Of a stretch of DNA of 64,000 bases, positions 55,578-64,000 are shown piece after piece. Origin of the DNA: an uncultured SAR86 cluster bacterium (GTDB taxonomy: Bacteria; Pseudomonadota; Gammaproteobacteria; Magnimaribacterales; AG-339-G14); assembly GCA_902632605.1 (NCBI GenBank), contig CACPDB010000002.1, positions 99,306 to 163,305 of the forward strand. The letters are read 5' to 3'. The notes under the pieces were generated by a model. The model was not told the origin of the DNA. It saw nothing but the letters and a program-made list of their open reading frames with translations, and ran no database searches. The position numbers and the translations under genes are program-made. Positions within the stretch are counted from its first letter, which is position 1. Each line of letters opens with the position of its first letter.

Positions 55578-56312
55578 ATGATAGATTTATATTATGCTCC
55601 AACTCCTAATGGCTGGAAAATATCCATTATGCTTGAAGAATGTGAAATGGATTATCAGGTTGTTCCAGTAAATCTCGGTAAAGGAGATCAATTTACACCG
55701 GAATTTTTGAAAATCAGCCCGAACAACAGAATGCCAGTTATTGTGGATCATGAAAATATTATAGATGGAGAGTCTATTAGCATTTTTGAGTCTGGAGCAA
55801 TATTGATGTATTTGGGAGAAAAATCTGGAAAATTTTTTCCCCAGAAATCTCCAGAAAGAGAAAAAGTTTTAGAGTGGTTGTTTTGGCAAGTCGGCGGTTT
55901 AGGTCCAATGGCAGGCCAGGTTAGTCATTTCGTAAACTATGCACCAAATTTTCCAGGAGATCATTCTTATTCGGAAGAACGATACAAAAATGAATATGAC
56001 AGATTACTTGGCGTAATGGATAGAATTCTCAATGAGCGCGAATACCTAGCAGGAGATTATTCCATTGCGGACATGGCATCTTTTCCTTGGGTAACCGCTT
56101 ACAAAAGATATGAAGTAGATTTAGATACTTTTAAAAATGTCAGAAGATGGTTTGACGCTATTAAGCTTAGACCTGCTGTTCGTAGAGGGATAGATGTAGG
56201 AAAGGCTGCAAGAAATTTTGGCGAGGGCATTTCCAAGGAAAGTCTAAAAACCATGTTTAAACAAGATGCCAAAAGTATCGCAGAAATGGCGAAGAAAAAA
56301 GAAGAAGAATAA
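55578..56312 (+). CDS. Glutathione S-transferase, YfcG/YghU (Nu class)-like
   Basis: PTPNGWK, SPNNRMP, FESGAIL, SIADMA. Confidence 0.9.
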   Translation: MIDLYYAPTPNGWKISIMLEECEMDYQVVPVNLGKGDQFTPEFLKISPNNRMPVIVDHENIIDGESISIFESGAILMYLGEKSGKFFPQKSPEREKVLEWLFWQVGGLGPMAGQVSHFVNYAPNFPGDHSYSEERYKNEYDRLLGVMDRILNEREYLAGDYSIADMASFPWVTAYKRYEVDLDTFKNVRRWFDAIKLRPAVRRGIDVGKAARNFGEGISKESLKTMFKQDAKSIAEMAKKKEEE

Positions 56313-56315
56313 CTC

Positions 56316-56918
56316 CTATAATTTTTTTTCGATAAGCTGAATTCTATCGTTACCGAAATACATATCTTCTTTATCCAAAAAGAAAGTTGGGGAACCAAAG
56401 CCTTTGCGATCCATTAATTCTTGTGTATTTTTTATAAGCCTTTCCTTGGTTTCTGGCAATGCAATAAATTCTAGAAAATCATCAGTTTTAACTGACAAAG
56501 AAGAGACAATCTCATTCAAACAATCGTCACTTGAAATATCTTTGCCTTCAGTCCAATAAGCTTTAAAAACTTTTTCTAGGTATTCTTCAATACTTTCATT
56601 TTTGTCAATAAAGTAAAAAACACCACGCATAGACTTAACGCTATTGATGGGAAAGATTTTCGGCCAATTAAATTCTATGTTTCTTTGTTTAGCCCAATCG
56701 TCCATGTCTTTTTGAGAATATTCCAGTTTTTCTTTAACCGGATTTTTTCTACTTTCATAGACGCTAGGGTTGGTTGAATTGAAAATTCCCCCAACCAATA
56801 TGGGTTTCCAAACAATTTCGAATTCTTTATTTTTTCTAAGTTCTAAAATTCCTCTAAAGGAAAGATAGGTCCAAGGACTGCTACAATCTAGGTAATACTC
56901 AATTTTTTTCATCTTCAA
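56316..56918 (-). CDS. 2-hydroxychromene-2-carboxylate isomerase / kappa-class GST
   Basis: DCSSPWTY, PILVGG, FGSPTF, FGNDR. Confidence 0.9.
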   Translation of the reverse strand: MKMKKIEYYLDCSSPWTYLSFRGILELRKNKEFEIVWKPILVGGIFNSTNPSVYESRKNPVKEKLEYSQKDMDDWAKQRNIEFNWPKIFPINSVKSMRGVFYFIDKNESIEEYLEKVFKAYWTEGKDISSDDCLNEIVSSLSVKTDDFLEFIALPETKERLIKNTQELMDRKGFGSPTFFLDKEDMYFGNDRIQLIEKKL

Positions 56919-56990
56919 TCTAATTTTTTCTTATTAATACTTTATAATCTTACCTCTAGAGGTTTCAAGCTGCTCACTTTAGAGGGAAAA

Positions 56991-57254
56991 ATGGAAGAAG
57001 ATCAAAAAAGACTTGCCGATGCTTTGGAAGAGTTGAAAGATCACAATTTTATGAAAATTCATGAATCTGCATGGAAGTTCATGTATTACAACCTGTTACG
57101 AGGTTTGGCGATTGGTCTTGGTTCTGTTGTCGGTGCCACAGTACTAGTAACTATCTTTATACAAATACTAGCTCAATTTGAGTTTATTCCCATCATTGGA
57201 AATTGGGCGCATGAAGTTATAGAAATCATTGAAAAACTAGATAAGTCTGGATGA
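56991..57254 (+). CDS. Small membrane protein, DUF5665-like
   Basis: NLLRGLAIGLGSVVGAT, PIIGNW. Confidence 0.75.
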   Translation: MEEDQKRLADALEELKDHNFMKIHESAWKFMYYNLLRGLAIGLGSVVGATVLVTIFIQILAQFEFIPIIGNWAHEVIEIIEKLDKSG

Positions 57255-57535
57255 CAAAACCTTCGGTTTTTAGAAGCGGAACGGTTTTTCAAAAAAAGGT
57301 TTGGCTAGAACTTTCTAAAATTCCCAAAGGAGAAACTAGAACTTATAAAGAAATTGCCATTGCCATTGGTAATCCTTTGGCAGTTAGAGCAGTCGCAAAT
57401 GCATGTGGGAAAAATCCTCATCCAATAAAAATACCTTGTCATAGGGCAATTAGGTCAGATGGAAAATTAGGGGGATACACGCCAGGAGGTTCTGCTACCA
57501 AACGAAGACTATTAAATGAAGAACAAATAGCCTAA
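57251..57535 (+). CDS. ogt: Single-domain methylated-DNA--protein-cysteine methyltransferase
   Basis: IPKGETRTY, RAVANAC, IPCHRAI with active Cys. Confidence 0.85.
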   Translation: MTKPSVFRSGTVFQKKVWLELSKIPKGETRTYKEIAIAIGNPLAVRAVANACGKNPHPIKIPCHRAIRSDGKLGGYTPGGSATKRRLLNEEQIA

Positions 57536-58527
57536 TTCAGCGTAACTTTTTTTAATTGTCCTGGTTTTAAAATTTCAAAAAAGTCTGTGGGAAGTCCTTT
57601 TTTTGTCAAAGCTTTTTGCAGTAATGCAGGAGGTTCTAAAGTTTCTTCATCAGTTAGTGAAAAGGTACCCCAGTGCATGGCGTAATTTTTTCTAGATCCC
57701 AAATCTAGGGCAACCTGTAAAGCCTCTTCAGGATTTACATGATTTGCTTTCATAAACCACCGTGGCGCATAAGCACCTATTGGAATTAAAGAGAGGTCGG
57801 GTCTGCCAAGTTTTGTTTGAGTATTTTGGAAATCTTTGGAGTAACCTGAATCTCCTGCATGAAAGCTTTTAAAATTTGGAAAAGACATAAACCATCCGCC
57901 CCAGAGGCTTCTGTTTCTATCTGCTAAACCTCTGGCTGACCAATGTTGGGTTGGAGTGAAAGTAAATTTAGCTCCTTTAATTTCAATATTTTCCCACCAT
58001 AAAAACTCTTTAGTATTTTTAATGCCTTTTCGATTTAATAATTTTTGATCTCCTTTTGGGACTAAAAACAAAGTCTTAGGATTCTTTGCTGAAAGTTTTT
58101 TTAAGGAGGGAATATCTAGGTGATCATAATGATTATGACTTACTGTAACGACATCTATTTCAGGTAAGTCTGTAATTTGCATGGCTGGGGGGATAATTCT
58201 TTTTGGACCTGCTATTTTAACTGGAGAAGCTCGGTCAGAAAAAACCGGATCAGTAAGCACAACTGTTCCTTCTATATTAATTAAAAAAGTAGAGTGTCCG
58301 ATCCAAATTAAGTAGTTTTCTTTCTGATCAGAAAAGTTTTTCCATTCATCCGACAATTCTATTTTTATTGGGGTTGGTTTTTTCCTATTTAAGCTCCACT
58401 TTAAAAAGTCTCCAAAACTTTTTAGATTTGGCATATTGTTGGTATTTTTAAATCTCTCGTCAGACATTAAAAGACTGGAAAATAAGATTAAGAATATTAA
58501 TTTTTTTGCACGGAAATTAATTTGCAT
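57532..58527 (-). CDS. Metallo-beta-lactamase fold hydrolase, NAPE-PLD/RomA-like
   Basis: WIGHST, TDPVFSDRASP, SHNHYDH, QHWSAR, GDSGY, PIGAYAPRWFM, HWGTF. Confidence 0.9.
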   Translation of the reverse strand: MQINFRAKKLIFLILFSSLLMSDERFKNTNNMPNLKSFGDFLKWSLNRKKPTPIKIELSDEWKNFSDQKENYLIWIGHSTFLINIEGTVVLTDPVFSDRASPVKIAGPKRIIPPAMQITDLPEIDVVTVSHNHYDHLDIPSLKKLSAKNPKTLFLVPKGDQKLLNRKGIKNTKEFLWWENIEIKGAKFTFTPTQHWSARGLADRNRSLWGGWFMSFPNFKSFHAGDSGYSKDFQNTQTKLGRPDLSLIPIGAYAPRWFMKANHVNPEEALQVALDLGSRKNYAMHWGTFSLTDEETLEPPALLQKALTKKGLPTDFFEILKPGQLKKVTLN

Positions 58528-58593
58528 TTCGAAGCGCTATTGTAATCTTATTGAATTTAAAACACAGAGAAATTTATTTAAAACATTTTAGAT

Positions 58594-59400
58594 ATGTATA
58601 ATTTCTCTCCGATGAGAATTTTAAGAAAATTATTGATGTTTTTTGGACTGTTTTTTGTTTCCGTTGGAGCGTCTTTAAGCTTATTAGGCGAGCTAACTGG
58701 ATTGGTTTTTTTTTCTAGCTTACAAAACCTTTTGATTTTTTGCATCGGGGTAGTTACTTTTTGGCTGTCTCTTGAGCGAGTTCACCCAGAAGGTTACAAG
58801 TTTTTTTTGATATTCATTTTACTTTCTTCTTTATCAGGCTTTTTTTATCTTCCTCTAGGAATTCTAGGCTTCCTTTTAACAATTTTCGTTCTATGGTTTT
58901 TTAGAGATCCAGAAAGAACGATTCCATCATCTGAAGCAGGTATCATTTCTCCTGCAGATGGCGTTATATGCAAAATAGAAAAAACCCTTCCACCCAAAGA
59001 GGTAAAAGGTTCAGAGGAATTATTAAAAATTTCGGTCTTTATGAATGTTTTTAATGTCCATGTAAACAGAGCTCCTGTTGCAGGAGACATCAAAGAAATA
59101 ATCTATGTTCCAGGAAAATTTTTAAACGCCAGTTTAGACAAAGCAAGCGAACACAATGAACGTAATATTCTCGTGTTAGAAAATAATAAAAATGAAGAAA
59201 TTATTGTGGTTCAAATAGCAGGGCTTATTGCAAGAAGAATCCTCTCTTTTGTAAATCTTTTTGATTCACTGAAGATTGGCGAAAGATTCGGTCTCATCAG
59301 GTTTGGTTCGCGAGTTGATGTCTATCTTCCTTCCAATTACGATCCAAAAGTAGAACTGGGACAAAAGGTCACTGCTGGAGAGAGCATCATTGCAAGCTAA
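58594..59400 (+). CDS. psd: Phosphatidylserine decarboxylase proenzyme (short RFGS type)
   Basis: HPEGY, FFRDPER, SPADG, FNVHVNRAP, RFGSRVD; start may be ATG 58612. Confidence 0.93.
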   Translation: MYNFSPMRILRKLLMFFGLFFVSVGASLSLLGELTGLVFFSSLQNLLIFCIGVVTFWLSLERVHPEGYKFFLIFILLSSLSGFFYLPLGILGFLLTIFVLWFFRDPERTIPSSEAGIISPADGVICKIEKTLPPKEVKGSEELLKISVFMNVFNVHVNRAPVAGDIKEIIYVPGKFLNASLDKASEHNERNILVLENNKNEEIIVVQIAGLIARRILSFVNLFDSLKIGERFGLIRFGSRVDVYLPSNYDPKVELGQKVTAGESIIAS

Positions 59401-59405
59401 TAATC

Positions 59406-60152
59406 ATGTCTGAAAGAAGCATCAAAAATTTTATTCCAAACTTGATTACTTTAACTGGACTTTGTTTTGGTCTAAGTTCTATAAGGTTTGCAGTTTTAGA
59501 AGATTTTAAAGCTGCAGTTGTATGTATTCTTATTGCTGCGATATGCGATGTCTTAGATGGATTATTTTCAAGGCTCTTAAAAACTCAATCAGATTTGGGA
59601 GCCGAACTTGATTCGTTGGCTGATTTTTTGAGTTTTGGGGTGGCTCCAGGAATTTTAGTTTATTTTGGAATTTTAGAAGAATTGGCCATCTGGGGATATC
59701 TTGCTGTAACTGCTTTTATTGTTTTTGCTTGCTTAAGACTTGCTATTTTCAATTTGAACTTACCGCCAACTGAGGATGCTCAAAAACAAGGATATTTTTT
59801 AGGAGTTCCAACTCCATCCGGCGCAGGTCTGATTTTACTCCCTTTAATTCACACTTTTCTTGGTTTTAACTGGGGTTTAGAAAACCCTGAGGTAGTTGCA
59901 ATATATACCAGTTTGGTTGGTTTACTGATGGTCAGTAAGATTCCAACATTTTCACTAAAAGAACTTAATATAACTGTAAATAGAAAGTTTTTTCTTAGGT
60001 TTTTTGTTGGCTTTGTGGTTTTAGTGCTGTTAATGATAAATTTTCTCTGGCAGTTTTTATCAGTAGTTGGGATTATTTATATTGTAGGAATTCCTGTTGC
60101 AATATTTATATTTCGCAAAAATCGTTACAAGAACGAAAAAGAAGCAAGTTAG
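59406..60152 (+). CDS. pssA: CDP-diacylglycerol--serine O-phosphatidyltransferase (subclass II)
   Basis: PNLIT, DVLDG..R..G..LDSLAD CDP-alcohol motif, RLAIFN, GVPTP; follows psd. Confidence 0.93.
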   Translation: MSERSIKNFIPNLITLTGLCFGLSSIRFAVLEDFKAAVVCILIAAICDVLDGLFSRLLKTQSDLGAELDSLADFLSFGVAPGILVYFGILEELAIWGYLAVTAFIVFACLRLAIFNLNLPPTEDAQKQGYFLGVPTPSGAGLILLPLIHTFLGFNWGLENPEVVAIYTSLVGLLMVSKIPTFSLKELNITVNRKFFLRFFVGFVVLVLLMINFLWQFLSVVGIIYIVGIPVAIFIFRKNRYKNEKEAS

Positions 60153-61117
60153 TCAGAAAGTTCTTCAAATATTTTAAAGATTTCTTCAGCAGTAGAAATA
60201 TCTCTTACATTTCCACCAAAAAAAGAACTGTATTCTACATTTGGAGATGCATAAATATGCCCTCCATTTATAAGAGTAAACAATGCAACAACATTTTCCC
60301 CCGCATTAATTCTTTTTACTACCCCATTGCTTTTGTTTCCATCTGTATCTTCAATTTGCGAAATCATTTCCCTTCCAGTAGGGCTTAAACTTTTCCAATA
60401 TTCGTATGTCTTATCCGAGGATTGGACTATGCCACGACTTGTATTGCCAAAAAGCTCTACTTGTCCGCCATCATATGGAGCAATAGGGTCCTTGGTACCG
60501 TTAAAGATTAATATGTTTACTGCTTCATTTTCTTTTTTACATTCGTTGTTATCGTCTATAGGAATCGTTGCAACCAGTGGAGCAAGAACAAAAATTGATT
60601 TAGGAGATTCGTAAGCTAAACGATAAATCATTTGACCGCCATTTGAGATCCCGGTCGCTATTATTTTTTTCTTATCAACTTTGTAGTCTAAAGATATTTT
60701 TTGAATAACTTTTTTTAAGAATCCTACATCGTCAATATTTTCTTGGTTGGCAGCATAATCGGCAGAGGCTCTGCAGTCATTCCAAAAATTCTTATACCCT
60801 TGCGGATATACAACTAAGAAACCCTTTTCTTCCGCAAGATACTCAAAATCATATCCAGTAGCAATTCGCATATCTTCTGATTTACCGAAAGAGCCATGCA
60901 ACACAAAAAAGGCTCCAGAATTTTCTTTGAAATTTCTTGGAATATACAAATCGTAGGTCCTTTCAATATTATCGTGGTCGATAGCAAAAGTCTTATAAAG
61001 ACCCCCTAGGGGAGCGTTTCTTTCAGGATAGACATTAAGATAATTATAAAGAACCAAAAATGCAGCTAAGGCACCTACGACAATGCTTATAAAGAATGTT
61101 CGTAAATTAGATTTCAT
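60149..61117 (-). CDS. Membrane-anchored esterase, PHB depolymerase/LpqC-like
   Basis: VLHG, GISNGG, FNGTKDP, GGH; GGAGG SD before ATG 61117. Confidence 0.85.
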   Translation of the reverse strand: MKSNLRTFFISIVVGALAAFLVLYNYLNVYPERNAPLGGLYKTFAIDHDNIERTYDLYIPRNFKENSGAFFVLHGSFGKSEDMRIATGYDFEYLAEEKGFLVVYPQGYKNFWNDCRASADYAANQENIDDVGFLKKVIQKISLDYKVDKKKIIATGISNGGQMIYRLAYESPKSIFVLAPLVATIPIDDNNECKKENEAVNILIFNGTKDPIAPYDGGQVELFGNTSRGIVQSSDKTYEYWKSLSPTGREMISQIEDTDGNKSNGVVKRINAGENVVALFTLINGGHIYASPNVEYSSFFGGNVRDISTAEEIFKIFEELSD

Positions 61118-61129
61118 TAAAGCCTCCAC

Positions 61130-61213
61130 TTAATAGATAAATATGAAGTAGTAGCCTCCAATTACAAGTCCGATTATTAAGCCAAGAAAAGAGATAAGAA
61201 AATTTTTAAGCAT
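61130..61213 (-). CDS. Putative 27-aa single-TM small protein
   Basis: Not in track; MLKNFLISFLGLIIGLVIGGYYFIFIY fills the rlmN-esterase gap; no SD seen. Confidence 0.45.
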   Translation of the reverse strand: MLKNFLISFLGLIIGLVIGGYYFIFIY

Positions 61214-61240
61214 ACAAATTAAAATTGATTTTAACTCATA

Positions 61241-62353
61241 TTAAACTAAGGACTTTGTCTCGATAATTTTATTTTCCTTTGCAGAACGTTTTTTTCTATT
61301 GGTCCTGTCATTTACCTTTCCCACCAATTGACCACAAGCAGCCATGATGTCTTCTCCTCTAGTTGTCCTTACCGTTGTTATAAACCCTTCTTTTTGAAGA
61401 ATTTTTTTAAAAGTTTCGACCCGCATGTTGGAAGGTCTTTTATATTCTGTTCCAGGGAATGGATTGAAAGGGATCAAATTAATCTTACTTGGAATATCTC
61501 TTAATATTTCTGCCAATTCTTTTGCGTTATCTAACGAGTCATTAACTTTATTAATTAAAATGTATTCCATGGTAGTTTTTCTCTGATCACCGCATTTATC
61601 AACGTAACGCATTACCGCATCCAAGAGCTTTTTAATAGGATACTTTTTGTTTAAAGGCACTAAATCGTTGCGCAATTTGTCATTGGGAGCATGAAGGGAA
61701 ATGGTTAATGCTGCATTGGTTACCTCCGAAAGCTTATCTATCATAGGCACCAATCCAGAAGTGCTCAAAGTAACCTTTCTTTTCGAAAGTCCATATGCTT
61801 TATCGTGCATCATCAAGTTCATAGCTTCTGTTACTGGTTCAAAATTTAGCAAAGGCTCTCCCATGCCCATCATCACAACATTTGTAACATTCTTTGAACC
61901 ATGATCTCTGGGAATGCCAAAAGAATTTTCTGCTACCCAAACCTGTCCAATAATTTCTGCTGTCGACAGGTTTCTTGAAAAGCCCTGTTTTCCAGTAGCA
62001 CAAAAACTACAATTAACTGCACAACCCACTTGTGAAGAAACGCATAAAGTTGCTCTTTTGCCCTCAGGAATTAAGACCATCTCTACTAAATCACCTTCTC
62101 CAACGCCTAAAACCCATTTGCGAGTGCCATCTATGGAATCTTTCTCATAAACAATTTCCGGAGGTTTAATTTCTGTTTTTTCATCCAAAATACACCTTAG
62201 GCCCTTTGAAAGATTGCTCATCTCGTTAAAGTTTGAGATTCCTTTTTGATGAATCCATTGAAAAACTTGTCTCGCTCGATAAGGTTTTTCTCCTAAAGAT
62301 AAGAAAAATTTTTCCATGTCATCTAAAGACATACCAAGAAGATTTGCTTTCAT
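61241..62353 (-). CDS. rlmN: Dual-specificity 23S rRNA A2503 / tRNA A37 methyltransferase
   Basis: CVSSQVGCAVNCSFC, MGMGEP, SLHA, AACGQL. Confidence 0.97.
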   Translation of the reverse strand: MKANLLGMSLDDMEKFFLSLGEKPYRARQVFQWIHQKGISNFNEMSNLSKGLRCILDEKTEIKPPEIVYEKDSIDGTRKWVLGVGEGDLVEMVLIPEGKRATLCVSSQVGCAVNCSFCATGKQGFSRNLSTAEIIGQVWVAENSFGIPRDHGSKNVTNVVMMGMGEPLLNFEPVTEAMNLMMHDKAYGLSKRKVTLSTSGLVPMIDKLSEVTNAALTISLHAPNDKLRNDLVPLNKKYPIKKLLDAVMRYVDKCGDQRKTTMEYILINKVNDSLDNAKELAEILRDIPSKINLIPFNPFPGTEYKRPSNMRVETFKKILQKEGFITTVRTTRGEDIMAACGQLVGKVNDRTNRKKRSAKENKIIETKSLV

Positions 62354-62356
62354 TTT

Positions 62357-63331
62357 TTAAAGTTCAAATAGATTTTTTACTGGTTTGCCATCTTTTAAGT
62401 TAGCAACATTTTCAATAAAAAGATTAAACGATCTTGGCAAAGACATTAAAGAGTGAGCTGAATCGTGAGGAGTAATGTAACAATTCTTTGCTTCCCAAAG
62501 AGGAGAGTCTTTCTCTAGAGGTTCTTTTTTTGTGGTGTCTAAGGCTGCAGCAGCAATTTCATCGGTATTTAATGCTTCTGCAAGGTCTTGTTCATTTACC
62601 GCACTGCCTCGGCCGACATTAATTAACATACTTTGAGGATTCATTTGTTTTAAAACTTTTTTATCAATTACGTTTCTTGTGTTTTCGCTATCTGGTAAAA
62701 CCGTGACAAGAAAATCCGCAAAAGGCAACATATCCATTAAATCTTCTGGCGTTTTAACTTCATCAGCAAATTCACAAGTAACAGGAGATCTTCTAATCCC
62801 AGTTACGTTCATTTCAAATGACTTTGCAATTCGAGCAATTTCTTTTCCTATGCCTCCATATCCATAAATGAGCAAATTCTTATTGGTTAATTCACCATCT
62901 CCTCCATTTGGCATCCAGTTTTTTTCTTTTTGAAGCTGTATATGAAGATCAATTCTTTTGTTCCATCTCAACATTTGCGCTAAAACGTAATTAGCCATGG
63001 GTTTGCCATATATGCTGCTTGCATTTGCAACAATTGCGTTCGTTTCTTTCAAAACTGCTTGTAAAAAAGGATCATCCATTCCCGAATATCCGCTTTGGAT
63101 GAATTTAGCTTTCTTAGCAAGTTTCAACATAGGCTCAAAAAGATGTTTGTGGTCTCTTACCGCAAAGAGAAACTGATAAGATAAAAATAAGGCTTCGACT
63201 TCCGGAACGTTTTCCCATGCAGGATTAGTGTGATCCTCAGGGTTAAGCACAATGATCTCTATATTAGGATCAAGCTTAAGAATTTCTGATTCATAAAGGT
63301 TGCTTATCAGGCTATCAACTACTATTTTCAT
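62357..63331 (-). CDS. D-2-hydroxyacid dehydrogenase family protein
   Basis: GYGGIG, NVGRG, ALD..KEPL, ITPH. Confidence 0.9.
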   Translation of the reverse strand: MKIVVDSLISNLYESEILKLDPNIEIIVLNPEDHTNPAWENVPEVEALFLSYQFLFAVRDHKHLFEPMLKLAKKAKFIQSGYSGMDDPFLQAVLKETNAIVANASSIYGKPMANYVLAQMLRWNKRIDLHIQLQKEKNWMPNGGDGELTNKNLLIYGYGGIGKEIARIAKSFEMNVTGIRRSPVTCEFADEVKTPEDLMDMLPFADFLVTVLPDSENTRNVIDKKVLKQMNPQSMLINVGRGSAVNEQDLAEALNTDEIAAAALDTTKKEPLEKDSPLWEAKNCYITPHDSAHSLMSLPRSFNLFIENVANLKDGKPVKNLFEL

Positions 63332-63421
63332 TAGGTTCCTTTATTCGATGTGGCAATTTAAACCAGAAGTTTTTAGAAAACAAGAATATTGATTTAACTG
63401 ACTATATAATGTTCCAAAAAA

Positions 63422-64000
63422 ATGACAGAACTCACCATTATCGACGTTTATGCCTTTGGCGTACCTATCATATTGGCCCTTATTTTATTTGAGGTCTTGA
63501 TTTCTAATTCGCAAAGTAAGAATTACTATAAGTCCGGCGATACTTGGTGTACTTCAGGACTTCTCTTTGGAAATATCTTAATGGGATTTGCCATCAAAGG
63601 ATCCATTGTTGGGTTTCATTTCTTTTTATATCAGTTTCGAATTGTTGATTTAGTAACCATTTTGCCAAATTGGGTTTTATGGATCTTAACTTTCGTTTTA
63701 ATAGACTTAGTATTTTATATTTACCATAGGCTTTCGCATCGGGTTAGATTTCTTTGGGCAATTCATATGAGTCACCATTCCAGCGAAGAAATGAATTTTG
63801 CAGTTTCCTTCAGACAAGCTTGGTTTGGGCCAATTTCAAAGGTACCTTTTTTTATGGTGTTACCAATTTTAGGCTTAAACCCTTTAATGATTGCAGTAGC
63901 AGGAGTCATAAGTACTTTGTGGGGGGTAGTGGGGCATACTCAAATTATTGGCAAGTTAGGCCCCCTAGAATGGCTTTTTAATACGCCTTCTCATCATAGA
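63422..64000 (+). CDS. Sterol desaturase / fatty acid hydroxylase family, alkylglycerol monooxygenase-like (partial)
   Basis: Not in track (open at window end). Hand translation gives MTELTIIDVY..., YHRLSH, HMSHHSS, GHT, NTPSHHR His boxes. Confidence 0.88.
   Translation, partial: MTELTIIDVYAFGVPIILALILFEVLISNSQSKNYYKSGDTWCTSGLLFGNILMGFAIKGSIVGFHFFLYQFRIVDLVTILPNWVLWILTFVLIDLVFYIYHRLSHRVRFLWAIHMSHHSSEEMNFAVSFRQAWFGPISKVPFFMVLPILGLNPLMIAVAGVISTLWGVVGHTQIIGKLGPLEWLFNTPSHHR

Overview
AT-rich, very densely coded bacterial chromosome segment spanning the replication-origin region of a streamlined gammaproteobacterium. SAR86-like assignment is an inference from gene order, short spacers and gene content. 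1-38 kb is mostly core genome: aa3-type cytochrome c oxidase cluster, aroE-tsaC-purE, def-fmt-trkAH, GlyRS-gmhB-plsC, gyrB-recF-dnaN-dnaA, rpmH-rnpA-yidD-yidC-mnmE, candidate oriC, mnmG-rsmG-parAB, the atp operon, then glmU-glmS. Downstream of glmS (41.4-64 kb) is a mosaic accessory region rich in lipid/amide hydrolases, oxygenases, GSTs and unknown proteins. No tRNA, rRNA, CRISPR array, transposase or integrase was seen. Main oddities: (1) a homodimeric Thermus-like glycyl-tRNA synthetase in the syntenic slot of gammaproteobacterial glyQ-glyS; (2) a ParA lacking both canonical nucleoid-binding arginines, paired with a ParB carrying a duplicated N-terminal ParA-activating peptide; (3) a perfect Fur-like operator ahead of apparently tandem unknown membrane proteins; (4) a ceramidase-like / small alarmone hydrolase-like / reductase operon, within a wider putative eukaryotic-lipid scavenging gene set; (5) a low-GC OGFr-domain islet right after glmS; (6) an unannotated 27-aa membrane ORF. 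All family calls come from motif recognition by eye; no searches were run.
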